NCBI GenBank assembly: GCA_003693705.1 | Contig: RBZT01000632.1 | Coordinates: 1-64,000 of the forward strand | Direction of reading: 5' to 3' | Length of the DNA: 64,000 nt | From: Polymyxa betae A26-41 | Taxonomy: Eukaryota; Protista; Endomyxa: Phytomyxea | Made by a program: the position numbers and the translations under genes | In this document: piece by piece, positions 25,674-37,730 of the stretch | Position numbering within the stretch: position 1 is the stretch's first letter | How the letters are laid out: each line of letters starts with the position of its first letter | Notes under the pieces: model-generated | Databases searched by the model: none | The model's input: only the letters and a program-made list of their open reading frames with translations | Told to the model about the DNA's origin: nothing

Positions 25674-27022
25674 ATGACTCATGCTGCCGACCATCCCGTC
25701 CAAAAAAAAGCAAACAATGTCATTTGCTCTTTAGCATATTACATCCAGAGCCTGCCATCAGCCTTCTCTTTGGCAAACATCACTCGCGATTTGATGCATG
25801 TGAACAATCTGAACAAATTATCTCCCAGCTCTCCGATACCTATTCGAAATTCAAAGCCAATTATTGGTCTGGAGCTTGCCGATGAAATACGGACAGCGAA
25901 CTCATCGCCAAGGGAGAAAGGCCAGCGTCTCACAAGCGACGTTGTAGAGTTATTTAGAGACCCTAAATCACCATTAACTGCTCAAGGCACTTACTTTGTT
26001 AAAAACCGTGCCACTGGTAGCAAGATGGGAGTATTCAAACCAACAGCAGAAGAAGCAGCTATGCAGACCAGACGGAGGTTATCAGTGTCTCATGTTATTA
26101 AGCGGGTGAGTTTGCCATACATTCCTTAATGGTTGGAAACTGAAATGATTCAGGGAATCGTAGTCGGTGAAGCCGCCATCAAGGAACGGGCTGCATTTTT
26201 ATTAGATTTTGATGGATTTGCAGGCGTTCCGCGAACTGATTTTGCAGTTATTGACGAAGGATCAGATATCGAGCATTTTGGCAGTCTACAAGAATTCTGT
26301 GAGCATATGTGCACATCTGAAGATCTTGGACCATCCAAATACGATCTGGAGAATGTTCATGCTATTGCTTTGCTGGACCTTCGTCTGTTTAATCTTGATC
26401 GCCATGAAGGGAACCTTCTAGTAAGCCAGGGTGACAGACCTGATATCTATAAGTAATCAGAATCATTAATGCAAAGAATATCAATTAACCATTGGCCCTT
26501 AGGCTGATTCCAATCGACCATGGCTTTTCTCTTCCATCGTTTCGGACGCTATCCGATGCTATGTTCTGCTGGACAGAATGGCGCCAAGCCAAAGTGCCTT
26601 TGTCTGAGCGAGCCAAAGAATACATCAGCCGTATGGCTCCGATCAACGATATCGTAGCACTTAAGCGGATCGGCTTACGCGACGAATGCATCATGACATA
26701 TGTACTATGCTGTCGCTACATGCAGCAATGCTGTGACGCCGAAAGAACTCTGTACGAAATGGCAACATCCATGCAACGAGATCTAAATGACGATGACTCA
26801 ATTTCAGCCTTTGAAACGTTGGTACAAAAATCTTCATTCGAAGCTGATTTTAACGAGTTCGTTTTCGATGATGATAACAATACATGGACCTGTGAAGCTG
26901 TCCAGAGGTTCTTGGATATATTTGACCGCAATGTTGCCCTTGCTTGCGGAAACCCAGATTGTCGAATCGAATCAGATCCATTTCTGATACCAGAGCTATC
27001 TCTTGGTCCGAAATCTGAATAA
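25674..27022 (+). CDS. Type II (gamma-like) phosphatidylinositol 4-kinase
   Basis: QGTYFV..VFKP..EE; GEAAIKERAAFLLD..FAGVP; GSLQEF; DLRLFNLDRHEGNLL; LIPIDHGFSLP. Confidence 0.9.
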
Positions 27023-27247
27023 TTTATTTAACTATATCCAGCAGTCTGCCGTTGATTTTTAACAATAAATTAACTTATAATTTATACATACATTGACATC
27101 CTCTCATCTGCTTTGAAAAGTCGAAATTGCGCTGCTTATGTATATTCATCGAACATCGCTTTGAAATGCAAGTTGACAGGCTGGCGAAGGTTGCGCTAGC
27201 TTGCCTTTAACGCCTCTATTGGTGTGGCCATTTAGATCGTCGTTTCC

Positions 27248-29224
27248 ATGCCTGCCAAAGCGCATGATCTAGATTCAGAGTCGACATGCGCCCCGCTTCT
27301 AGGCATCGCGGATCGCAATGGCCTGCTTTCACCAGAGCAACCACTGAAATGGCGTCACGAAACATGGATCCTTTTGACGATCGGTTTTCCAGTAGGCCTT
27401 TCTTCATTCTGCAGAATGCTGAGTAAAATGCTGTTTATCGACATACTTTATCTAATAGTTGGCAGTGGCTGTTTGCGATATTAGTGTATTGGGTCGTCTC
27501 GACAAAGGAACTGACTATTTAGCTGCTGCGGCCATGTAAGATGGCACTTATTCATGGCGTTTGAGCTGACAAAGTCAGTAAAGGGCTTGGGTTGTTATGG
27601 ATGTAACTTCTGTATTTCCATCGACAGCTGCTGATACAATCAACGCTCTATGCTCACAAGCCTATGGAGCCAAACATCTCAAGCTTGTGGGTCGGTGGCT
27701 GCAGCTAGGCTTGATTGTCACGACGATCATGTGCGTTCCTGTAATGATAATTTGGGCATTAACTGGTGAGCAAAGCCGCTCAAAAGTCGCTTAATCTTAA
27801 CATCTTGTCAGCAAAGATATTGCTCATTTTAGGTTGCCATCCTGAGACTGCGTTAGGCTATCCGACTTAGTGAAAAAACGTTTGGATTGAAGTGATGGAT
27901 GCAGGGCTTTAGCAAATAGATTCGCACTCTGGTCGTGTTGGGGCTTGATTCCGAATACAATATATTATTCAGTGAGGCAGTATTTCCAAGCTCAAAGGAT
28001 CGTGATGCCTGCTTTATACAACAATCTGGCATTCGTGGGCATCAATCTAATTTTGAACCTAGTTTTAGTTCATGGTTGATACTTCCCCTTTCTTTACAAA
28101 AATATCTAATATGAGGCTTCTAGGTTTTGGCAATTGGCCAGGCTTCGGATTCATTGGAAGTCCTATTGCCACTTCGGTATCGCGAACCTTTCAATTGCTT
28201 TCGTTCGTTTTGTATACATGCGTCTGGAAGAAGTTACATAAGCAAACTTGGCCAGAAGGTCCTTTGTCGGATTGCCTTACGAAAGCGAACATAAAGGAAT
28301 ATATGGATCAAACTGTTCCTACAATGCTTGGCAACGCTGCAGAACAATGGGTAATTCTTGACATATATATCACGTGCTTTTGATGCCATCAAAAACATTC
28401 TCAGCAACTGGAGGCGGTTACCTTGATGGCTGCTAGCCTGGGTTTGTTGAAAGAAGTCCTTCTCAGCTTGGGTGAATGACGGGTCCCTTCAGGGCGTATC
28501 GACGTCGCCACACAATCAGCAGTGTTCAACATCTTCTATACTTTGCATTGCCTTTCATTCGGGCTATCTAAAGCGACGACCTGTCGTGTTGGATTTCACT
28601 TAGGTTTCTTGCGATCATGCTCGTTCGAAATTATACTAAATCAAATATAGGCTCTGGTAACTCGAGTTTCGCTCGACAAAGTGCAGCGCTGTCGATTGCG
28701 CTTGCAACCACGAACGGATTCGTTGTGGCTTCCATACTGTTCGCCATACGCTCATATATTGGGCATATCTTCTCCAACGATCCTGCGGTCTGGGCCGATT
28801 CGTCATCGCTGGTTACCGTACTGGCTATATCCTACGTCGGCGTCAGGTTCGTATTCCTGAAAAGTCCTCTACTAGGATCCATATCGTTTTTCAGTGTGCT
28901 AATCGCTTTAACTGCCATCTTATTCGGACAGTGTCGACCGACTCCTGTTGCTATCATCAGTGGGCTGGTACGTCAGTTTCTTACTTCGTACTTTTCATAA
29001 TTGATGGGTGGTAGTGTTCGTGGATTCTGTCGCTGCCATTGGCGTACTTTTTCACGTTCATTTGGGGGTTCGGTTTAAATGGGCTCTGGATCGGTCTCTC
29101 GTTTGGTTATTTCACGATCGTGTTTCTTATCGGAATCGTCGTGCAAAAAAGTGATTGGCAGAACTGTGCCTTTCTGGCCGTGGAACGATCCCGCCGTTCT
29201 GCTGTATCTCTTCCTCAAGTATAA
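27248..29224 (+). CDS. MATE family efflux transporter
   Basis: TINALCSQAYGAK, GFGFIGSPIATS, TTCRVGFHLG, GHIFSND, FGLNGLWIG; ~10 introns. Confidence 0.9.
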
Positions 29225-29578
29225 GTCACCTATCGTCCAAGAAAATCTTCCCTTACAGTATTTATTTACATATATCGTTAATACTTTCTGCTTCTAAGGG
29301 ATTTTTAATAGATTATTTCTAGAATCAAATTTACCTAGAAAACCTACACTGTTCTAGGCCATTAAAAATTTTCAAACACGCTCCTAACAATAACTCGTGA
29401 AAGTTCTTGAGACGCCATACAATTCAATTACAAAAAGCAATTGAACTTCTGAGGGTAGAGGTTCTGGAATCTTGTTAACCCTGGCTAACCGGAGCGGTAA
29501 CCAGATGTGAATGATTTCAATGAATGCTGCGGGCCATGAACTGGCCTCTCAATCTCCCTCCAAACTATATATATCGTT

Positions 29579-30554
29579 ATGTCAAGCGCTATGGAGCGAA
29601 AGCTGTCGATTCCGAAGATCATCTATGGGACGGCCTGGAAGAAGGAGAAAACCAAGAGGCACGTTATTGATGCTGTTGTGGCAGGCTACAGGGCTATAGA
29701 CACCGCCTGCCAGCCGAAGCATTACAACGAAGCCGGTGTCGGTTTCGCCTTGGCCGACCTGCAGAACGCCCATGGTATCGAGAGGTCATCGCTGTTTCTG
29801 CAGACCAAGTTCACGCCTCAGAACGGCCACGATTCAACCCTGCCAATGCCTTACGACGCTGATTGTTCGATCTGGGATCAGGTCCATCAGTCGTTCCAGA
29901 CCTCCAAGCAGAATCTACAGACGAATTACATCGATGCGTATTTCTTGCATGGACCGCTGATGACGATGACTCAGACGATTGAGGCCTGGAGGGCGATTGA
30001 GGATATCTACGATTCGGTTTGTGCCTTAATGTTTTCGTGAAAGCATTTTGCTTTATCACTTGGCCGTCTGTTCACAAAGCACTTTTCCGATTGTAAGTAG
30101 GGACAAGCCAAATCGATTGGAATGTCGAATATGTACTCGTTGTCGAATCTGGAGACGTTCGTAGAGACCGTTCGTATCAAACCGATGTTCTTGCAGAATC
30201 GCTTCTATCCCGATACGAATTTCGACATTGACGTCCGCGACTATTGCCTAAAGCATGGCATTCACTATCAGAGCTTTTGTAACAGCATTTCAGCAAAAAT
30301 TTTGTGTTTTCTAAATGATTTTAGGGACGTTGACTGCGAATCAAGAACTCATTCATTCACCAGTACTGACTGAAATCGCCGAGCGCATGAGAGCGACCAA
30401 CGAGCAAATCTGGTTCCGATTCGTGATGAATCTCGGGATCATCCCATTGACGGGCACCACCAATATCGAACATATGAAGCAAGATCTGGATGCTGCCAAA
30501 ATCAAGCTTTCCGACCACGATCAGGACCGCTTATATCGCTTACTAAAACTGTAG
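29579..30554 (+). CDS. Aldo-keto reductase
   Basis: IYGTAWK, GYRAIDTACQPKHYNE, LFLQTKFT, YIDAYFLHGP, IGMSN, LQNRFY, PLTGTT..HMKQDL. Confidence 0.92.
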
Positions 30555-30895
30555 AGTTTGTAGTGAGTCGTGGCTGTCGCTGCTCATTAACACGACCTGT
30601 TACTATTTTAGCTACGAGCTGTTTGAACAATCTTTAGCTGAATCGCCATCTAACATTTCCAGGAATGCTTATCAAGACAAACTTTGGCTGCATTGACTCT
30701 GGCTACCCCTAACCATGTTTCGAATTTCAATCGAGCAGTATTATGATGACCTCTTGCCATGGTCAAGATGGGACACCTTCCATCTGAAGACGATAACGAT
30801 TATAATTGGAGCTTTGCCAGAGAGAGACGAATATGAGATGACGAATAACGTAATGCGGGCGGGGCCTCCTACCTTGTTTCACATTCAGCTTCTGA

Positions 30896-31929
30896 ATGAA
30901 TGTCGCTCTAGACGCGAATCACGCCAGCCTGTTCCATGAGCGCACGGCGCTGGCGTCGCTCGTCCAGCGCATCCAGGAGCGCGTGGCGGCGTCCGATTCC
31001 CAGGTCGACGACGCACTGTCCGGCCTGAATCATGTCCGGGTCGCCCTCAATGCCCGACGGCTCATCCTGGATGCCATCGAAAACGTCGCCGATCCTCTCG
31101 TCGTGGCTGAAGCTATGAGCTTCGACGCCGTTGCTTCAGAAGTTCGTTCGCTTCAACTTTTTATTTTTTTCACTTAGTCGGTTTATCTTGAACGCTCTCA
31201 GATATCGTTTCGCTCTATGTTAACCTTAGTCTCTATTTACCATTTTTCTTCCGAAATAACTTTCTATTTCCTCAGAATGGATTCACAATTGTGTTTCTCG
31301 GCTATGCTGCAGACGCAAATTAGCTCAATAATTTTATTCAGGGTGAAAAACCGGCACAGATTCCGGTTGAGGCCGTCATCACCTATCTCGATGAGCTTCA
31401 TCATCCTCTGCGAAAGTTTCTGGCGTCATCGTCGTCCATCGACACCGACGTCCGACATCTCCAAGAGCGGCTCCAACAACAGCGCGACCAAATCGTTCGC
31501 CGCCGCGCCGCTATCCACGATCGTCTCGTCAGCGTCTACGACGCCCTACAAAAGACGCTGAAGCTACTCCAGCTCCTGATCGCCGAGCACAAACTCGGCC
31601 GGCAGCGCGTCTTCGATGACACCCTAATTAAGGTACTGCGCCAGCGGGCCGTCGCCTTCGATCTGAAGCTACGAGCCATGAGACGACGTCTCGAGCTGGA
31701 TACGTACCGGCCCGGCGCCGTACAGGCCCTGCACTGCATCCGAGAGCGGCTCCGCTCAGGTCTCGACGGCGCCCGCGGCGAACTGAACGCTGTCAGACGC
31801 CGGCTCGGACAGTACGAGGGCATCGTCGAGTTCGACCGAATCGTGGCGGAATACGGGGAGGTTCGAAGACAGATCGCGTTGCAGAAACAGTTGATTCAGC
31901 AGCTGAATGTGAACGATTCTGTGATGTAG
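30896..31929 (+). CDS. HAUS4: Augmin/HAUS complex subunit 4-like
   Basis: C-terminal LIAEHKL..QRVFD..LKLRAM..LELDTY..VQALHCIRERL..QYE..EFDRIVAEY..IQQL matches the HAUS4 C-terminal pattern as I recall it. One ~200-nt AT-rich intron (~31142-31341). Confidence 0.7.
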
Positions 31930-32348
31930 CAATATAAGGCGTGTGGTTATGTCAAGACAGCTTCAATGTGTGTGTAATGTGTTGCTGTACTCGTGAGTTC
32001 TCTATGGGGTTTCATCCCAGCAGCAGCTTTTCCTGTTTCTAAAGAACTGGATCAGTACTGTAGCAATCTGAATCGCTCGCTTCAGGTTAAAAGTCTTTAT
32101 GCATTATAGCGTCCTCAACTGAAATTGAGAACGTGACGAAGTGAGAATGCGGCAACTATCAAAACTAAGCTGTGAAGTCATGAAGTCGGAAGCTCCCCAC
32201 CTGCTGCCCGAGTCAATATTACGGCTGTCTCGTCTTCACAGCTGATTGCACGAACGTTTCCGGGTGTTGTTTCTGCATCTGGTTCGTACCCGTCCTGCGC
32301 TCAAGTACGTAAACATTCGGCTTGCCATAATGACTCTTGCAGAACAAT

Positions 32349-33852
32349 TTATTCATCAATATCGTGTTGGTCTGATTCGTCGGTGGACCCAGCCGCCTCA
32401 CGATAATCGTTTTGTAGTGTTACGAAATCGTCACGAGCTGCCTGGAACTCGGACTTATCCATACCCTCGGCTACATACCAATGCACGAATGCGTTACGGT
32501 CATACAGCCGATCGAAGTCGCGCCCGACCCGTGCCAACGTATCGGCGATCGCCGTCGTATTTGAGACCGCCAGTACAGACCTCTGTAACGGTGCCAGATC
32601 GTCATCAGGTGACGACGTCGGTGGCTCGTTATGGATGCCGACCTTGAAACCGGTCGGACACCTGCTGGGGTTAGGTTTTTAGGTTCTGGATCGGTAATTG
32701 TTATGTTACCAGTCGACGAACTGCATCGTGCGTTTCGATTTGAGCTGCGCCACGGCCGCATTCACGTCCTTCGGACTGACATCGCCACGATACATCAGTG
32801 CGCAGGCCAGGTACTTGCCCTGGGCCGGGTCACACTGGATCTGGATATGCTTAGGGTTAGGGTTTATGGATCTGTTGACAGTGGTCCCACCATCTGATTA
32901 GAGCGCTCGAAGGCAGCTGTGGTGATCTGCTGCACCGATAGACGCTCATTGAATGCAACTTGAGCTGATACTACAGGTGCAAATGATATAATCGGGAAAT
33001 GTAGACGTGGATATGGGACCAAGTTAGTCTGTAGATCAGCAATATGAAGATTCAGGCCGGCACCGCTGTTTGAGAACCGAGATGACGCCTGGACAGCCAG
33101 GTTTCAGGAGCTTTTTACAACAATTGCAAGAAAAAGATTACCGTGATTGAGGACTGAACCTGTGCCATGAGAGAATTGACATGAACATATGAAGGACGGT
33201 CAACATTCAGGTTACGTGTAGCCAGGTCGTACAGGGATCGGTTATCGACCAGTAACGACATCTGCGTCTGATCCAGCGTGGCGTGCAGGCCCAAGACGGC
33301 ATTGTACGGCTCCAGAGGCGAACTTGCACAATGAGCGGACGGAGCCACGCCGACCTGTACGACCTGGATCTTGCTGCCGAGGTCCGTGACGGTATCGCCG
33401 ACCAGTAGGGCGCCAAGTCCGCTACCCGTACCGCCCCCAAGTCCGCACTGGATCACAACGCTGCCGAGACGATCACTGCGCTCGGCCTGGCGTCGGACCT
33501 GCTCCGCGGCCCGGTCCAGTACGGCCCCAGGACCCAGAGCGAACCGCGCCCGCGCATAGTTACTGGCGGCATCATCATGTCCGGCCACGACCTGATCCGG
33601 GTGGTACAGGCCCCGGGCCGGGCCGCGCCGCACACGATCGCATACGTCCGGGTCCAGGTCGATCAGGACACAGCGCGGGACGACCTTGCCGGCGTCGGTC
33701 TCGGCGAACGTACTGGCCCAGTCGCCGGTGAGTGCCTCGGCGACGGGGAGTCCGTCCGGTCCGCAGCCATGCTCACGGCATAATAAGTCCCATGTTGCCT
33801 GTCCGGACTGTATTCCCGCCTGTCCGAGATGCATCCACATCATCTCCTTCAT
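32349..33852 (-). CDS. Highly divergent alpha-tubulin
   Basis: [91 protein letters not shown]. Introns at 33089-33141, 32841-32890 and 32662-32709. Confidence 0.9.
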
Positions 33853-33988
33853 CTTGATGGCTGTCTGTGTTATGGGGCCTGTACGGCCGTCCCGGCAGTT
33901 ACGGGCGGCGACGACGGCACGCGCCCTCCTGTATGATGACGTCAACCGGAGCGGAATGATTGAAGTCGGATTCGACGAATCCAGTGGC

Positions 33989-34009
33989 AAACCCTAAACC
34001 TAAACCCTT
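33989..34009. promoter_or_regulatory. Telobox-like cluster AAACCCTAAACCTAAACCCT upstream of the tubulin gene
   Basis: Lies in the 176-bp spacer between the AK7-like stop (34029) and the tubulin ATG (33852). A regulatory role is inferred. Confidence 0.5.
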
Positions 34010-34028
34010 CTGCTGATGTTGCTTTTAT

Positions 34029-36441
34029 TTAGACCGAGTCTGCAGCTGCAGCAATCGTCGTGGTGGTCGTACTGGCCACCGCCGGCGGTACCGTCATCGT
34101 CGTCTTCGTACTGGCCCGGAACAGGAATTCGGCCAGATAGTCGATGGGATCGTCAGGTCGGACACGGGCGATTTCGTACAGGCCCTCGACGACGACGGGG
34201 ACGACGTGCTGGCCCAGGTACTGACGTAGAGGCCGCGCCCGATCAGCGATTAGTTCAGCCTCGGACTGGGCCAGTTGCGCTAGAAGAGCGTCCCGTTCAG
34301 CGACCTGCAGGGAGCAGAGTCAACAGTAAACCCTAAAACCCTAGACCCTAGCTCACCTTTCGTGCATGTTCTTGCGCCTGTCTCTCGATCTCCTCCTGTT
34401 TCTGTCTCTCGATCTCCATCTCATGTTCATACTGGGCGCGTTCACGTTCTCTCCGTGCGGTGTCCGCAGCTGCAATTTCCTCCTCTGTTGGATGATAATT
34501 ATATGGTGGACGGGGGCCTCCCACATATGCTTCCACCAGGGCCAGTACGGTCTCGGCAGGATCAGCTGCATTAACATCCATGATCTCCATTGTAGCAGAG
34601 AAATACGTCCTTGGATGATTATCAGGAGCGGCCGCCACGGACTTATTCCAGATATTCAAGCGTCGTTGTAACGCTTTCTCATCCGAATGTCCGGGGATAG
34701 TACGACCGGCATTCTCCTTGGCACGACCCACGATCAGTACGTCCGTAGCGGACACCGACACGACACGATCCGGTAGTATTGGCACGTCACGCACTGCTTG
34801 TGCGGGTTCAGCAGCGGCCTCCGGCGTGTCGGTTGGTGCGGCCTGCTCCTCGGAGTCCGTGACGGCGTTCGTTGTGAACGTCGCTCGGGCCTCTTCCGAT
34901 GTCCGTGGATATCCATCCAACACATAACCTTTGTTACGGATCTCGTTACGTTGCAGCTCCAACTGAACCAGTGCGGCCACAACTCCGACCGGAGCCCGTC
35001 TGTCACATTCAATATCATCAGCGAGTCGGACTGGACCCTGTCATCGGTTCCGTTCTAACCCGTTTTTATCGAGCTGTAGGTCCTGGCCGGCGTCACGGGC
35101 CTTGGTGATCAAGTCGCGGACCGAGACCAGCGGCAGGTAGAAGTGCGTGGCGATCTGACGCGCCCAGTACGACCGCCCGGACCCCGGCGGACCAATGACT
35201 GCTACACGGATCGGTTGTAGATTGCGGGTGGTGATGAATTCGGCGACAACCGGGCCGATCGATGCCACGAGCCCTGTTAGCGAGAACCCTAAACCCTAGA
35301 ACCCCAAGAACCCTGCATATGGAGTTACCCTGTTCGGATCTCCATTCCATCTGTACTGTAGATATCCATGATGTATCACGGGCTATGATCATATCAGCAG
35401 TAGCGATATGCGGTGCGATCAGATCACGGCGTCCGACGGCGTCCAGCTCGCTGATGGACGCCGTCGTACCGGTCGATAACATCTTCGAGACCGCCGCCAC
35501 TATCGCTTGCTGTGTATCGCGGGCCTACCACGGAGGGTCAGTACGGTCTGCGTGCGACGGACGAGATCACCGTTACCTTATCGACCATGAGCAGGTAGGG
35601 TTTGGAGGATGGGGGCCGCTCCAGGAAGCGGACAGTGGCGGTAGCGTAATCTGTAACATGAATGGTAGGAAGAGTGTTCGTACCAGAACCTATTATGGGT
35701 AGACAAGGATCTGTGTTTAACCATGCCTGATCATAACACATCGTTAGGGTTTTAGGGTTTCCATAGAAAAAGAACCCCATATAAAGAAAAACGTAGAAAC
35801 AGCACATCTCGAAATCAGAATGCGATAATGATGTCAGGGTTTAGGGTTTCACCGACCTGTTTAAATAGATTATGTAGATCGGCTTCTCCATCTCCGTACA
35901 TGATGCCGGCGGCCAGTACGGCCGTGCTCATCAGATGTCTGGATGAGTTGACGATCAATGTCTCCAGGAGTTTATGGCGTGAACATGCAGCTGCGGGCTG
36001 TCTGCCTCGGAACTGGGTCTCGTCGGCCCCACCGGCCCCATCCTCACCGGGCACCACGGACGTACCGGCCCAGGTCAGGGCCGTCGACAGACAGACGACG
36101 TGTTTGGGACGCGTCAGCGTCACGGCCCGTACGGCCTTGATCAGAGCGGCGGCCTCATCCAGATCACCGAACAGGTTCACGACGATGATATCGGCGGCGG
36201 CCACGACCTGGTCCGGGCCGGGATCGCCCACAGACACAGCGGGGTCGTACACGACCAGGCGCCGGGTGACATCGGCGGCATCGTCGTCGCTCGGGCCGGG
36301 GACTTCCTCGCCGCGGTCCCAGGCCGCATTTCGGGCCCGGATTGCGTCCAGGACGTGCCGGCCCACGTATCCGGTGCCGTCCTGGACATAGATCAAGGCC
36401 GTGGGCATGGCCGCCATCGAATCAATCGGCGGTGCCGACAT
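34029..36441 (-). CDS. AK7: Adenylate kinase 7-like axonemal protein (Rossmann-like + AK + Dpy-30)
   Basis: N-term GTGYVGRHV, AGIMYGDGE, LPTIHVTD; VIGPPGSGRS P-loop; KGYVLDGYPRT; coiled coil; C-term LRQYLGQHVVPVVVEGLYEIARVRPDDPIDYLAEFLF (Dpy-30). Confidence 0.9.
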
Positions 36442-36537
36442 GGGTCCTGGAATTGGTCTGGAGGGGGAGGGAGGGTACGACCCGGAGCGATCGGCCGGAA
36501 TGTCACATCACAGGCGGCTGTGTTGAACGAGGTTTCA

Positions 36538-36603
36538 ATGGCCCACATGATGGGGTGGTGGGGTCTGATGGCCCACATGATGGGGTGGTGGGGTCTGATG
36601 GCC
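36538..36603. repeat. Perfect 30-bp tandem duplication (x2.2) ATGGCCCACATGATGGGGTGGTGGGGTCTG
   Basis: Directly visible at 36538-36567, 36568-36597 and a partial third copy. Confidence 0.97.
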
Positions 36604-36671
36604 GATTATGCAGGGTCCGATCATGATGTATGAGACGGCCATGGCTCATTTGACCCGAATCTGGCGCTGAT

Positions 36672-37427
36672 ATGACATCTGCTGCTCCCATCTTTCATGG
36701 CTCTACTAAATCCGATCTCCTACGCTGGTACGACCTGCTTGTAACCCGATCCACGACGACGTCGTCCTCCTGCACTCCAATACACTGGAAATCCCTCATA
36801 CATTGGGATATACTGAGCTCTATATGCAGATGGGATCTGGAAAAAGATCCTCACGCATTGACAGATAAGGATATCAAGGAATGGGTTGATCGCACCCTAG
36901 CCGACGTACTGGACCATATGGACCAGGTCATGTCCGAGCTGGTCCTGAAACCGATACCCGGGCAGCATCTCGAGGCCGTCGATGATCTCAGAAGGCAGTA
37001 CGACGAGCGCGTGGCCGCCCATGGATGGCAGACGTGGTTCGCAACGCCGGATGGCCAGCGCCGGGCCGTCCAGTACCTGATCGAGGCCGTACGTCCCCGC
37101 GGGCTTCAGGAACTGATTCGGAGCAAAGTGACGTGCGACGTCGAACTGGCCCAGGACCCCGTCAAGTTCCTGGGTCGGTTGAAACAGGTTGCGGATCTGT
37201 TCGAGACCGTGATGCATTATAATCGTGTTGCCCATCAGAAATGGGAGAAGAAATCTGTTGATGATGTGACGGAGGGAGGAGAGGTGATTGTAAAGAAGAG
37301 AAGGAAATGTATGGTGTTAGATATTGACAGAGGACGAAATATATCATGTTTTAATTGTCATGAGAAAGGACATCCATCATTTCTATGTCCGCAGAACAAA
37401 GATAAGAAACCGAAAACTCAACATTAA
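36672..37427 (+). CDS. Retrotransposon Gag-like protein with CCHC zinc knuckle, no pol
   Basis: Intact 251-aa intronless ORF; helical capsid-like body; C-term CFNCHEKGHPSFLCP (CX2CX4HX4C). Confidence 0.7.
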   Translation: MTSAAPIFHGSTKSDLLRWYDLLVTRSTTTSSSCTPIHWKSLIHWDILSSICRWDLEKDPHALTDKDIKEWVDRTLADVLDHMDQVMSELVLKPIPGQHLEAVDDLRRQYDERVAAHGWQTWFATPDGQRRAVQYLIEAVRPRGLQELIRSKVTCDVELAQDPVKFLGRLKQVADLFETVMHYNRVAHQKWEKKSVDDVTEGGEVIVKKRRKCMVLDIDRGRNISCFNCHEKGHPSFLCPQNKDKKPKTQH

Positions 37428-37730
37428 GTGATGCCGTTTGTGAGAGAAAGAGAGAAGGGATATCATTGATATTGAGACGACATCTGCGTAATCTGATCCT
37501 ACGATAAGAGAATAATCGCATGCGATCTGGTAGACCGGAAATCGTAATGAATGCAATAAACCAACATGGATGTGTTGTAGTTCGTGCAGCAGATCTCCGA
37601 TTTCTAGGCACCAAGTAAAGCGTGAAAACAACAGAGGATGGGATCAGCACGACCGCATCCCGATTTTGGTGGATAGATGCAGCAATGTATTAAACCGACA
37701 TTTTTCATGATGAAATTATCACCGGTCTGA

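Noticed and set aside
27248-30554. MATE + aldo-keto reductase as a detoxification cluster
   Set aside because: Two common housekeeping families; adjacency alone is not evidence.
33853-33990. N-terminal extension of the tubulin ORF
   Set aside because: The tubulin-like start MKEM is at 33852; the upstream frame begins at a non-ATG codon and is likely UTR/promoter.
36538-36603. 30-bp repeat as a CRISPR array
   Set aside because: Copies are directly adjacent with no spacers; eukaryotic context; no cas genes.
36620-37482. Possible LTR pair around the Gag-like ORF (ATCATGATGTATGAGACG vs ATCATTGATATTGAGACG)
   Set aside because: Only ~18 bp of gapped similarity, no TG..CA ends or TSD; cannot be supported.
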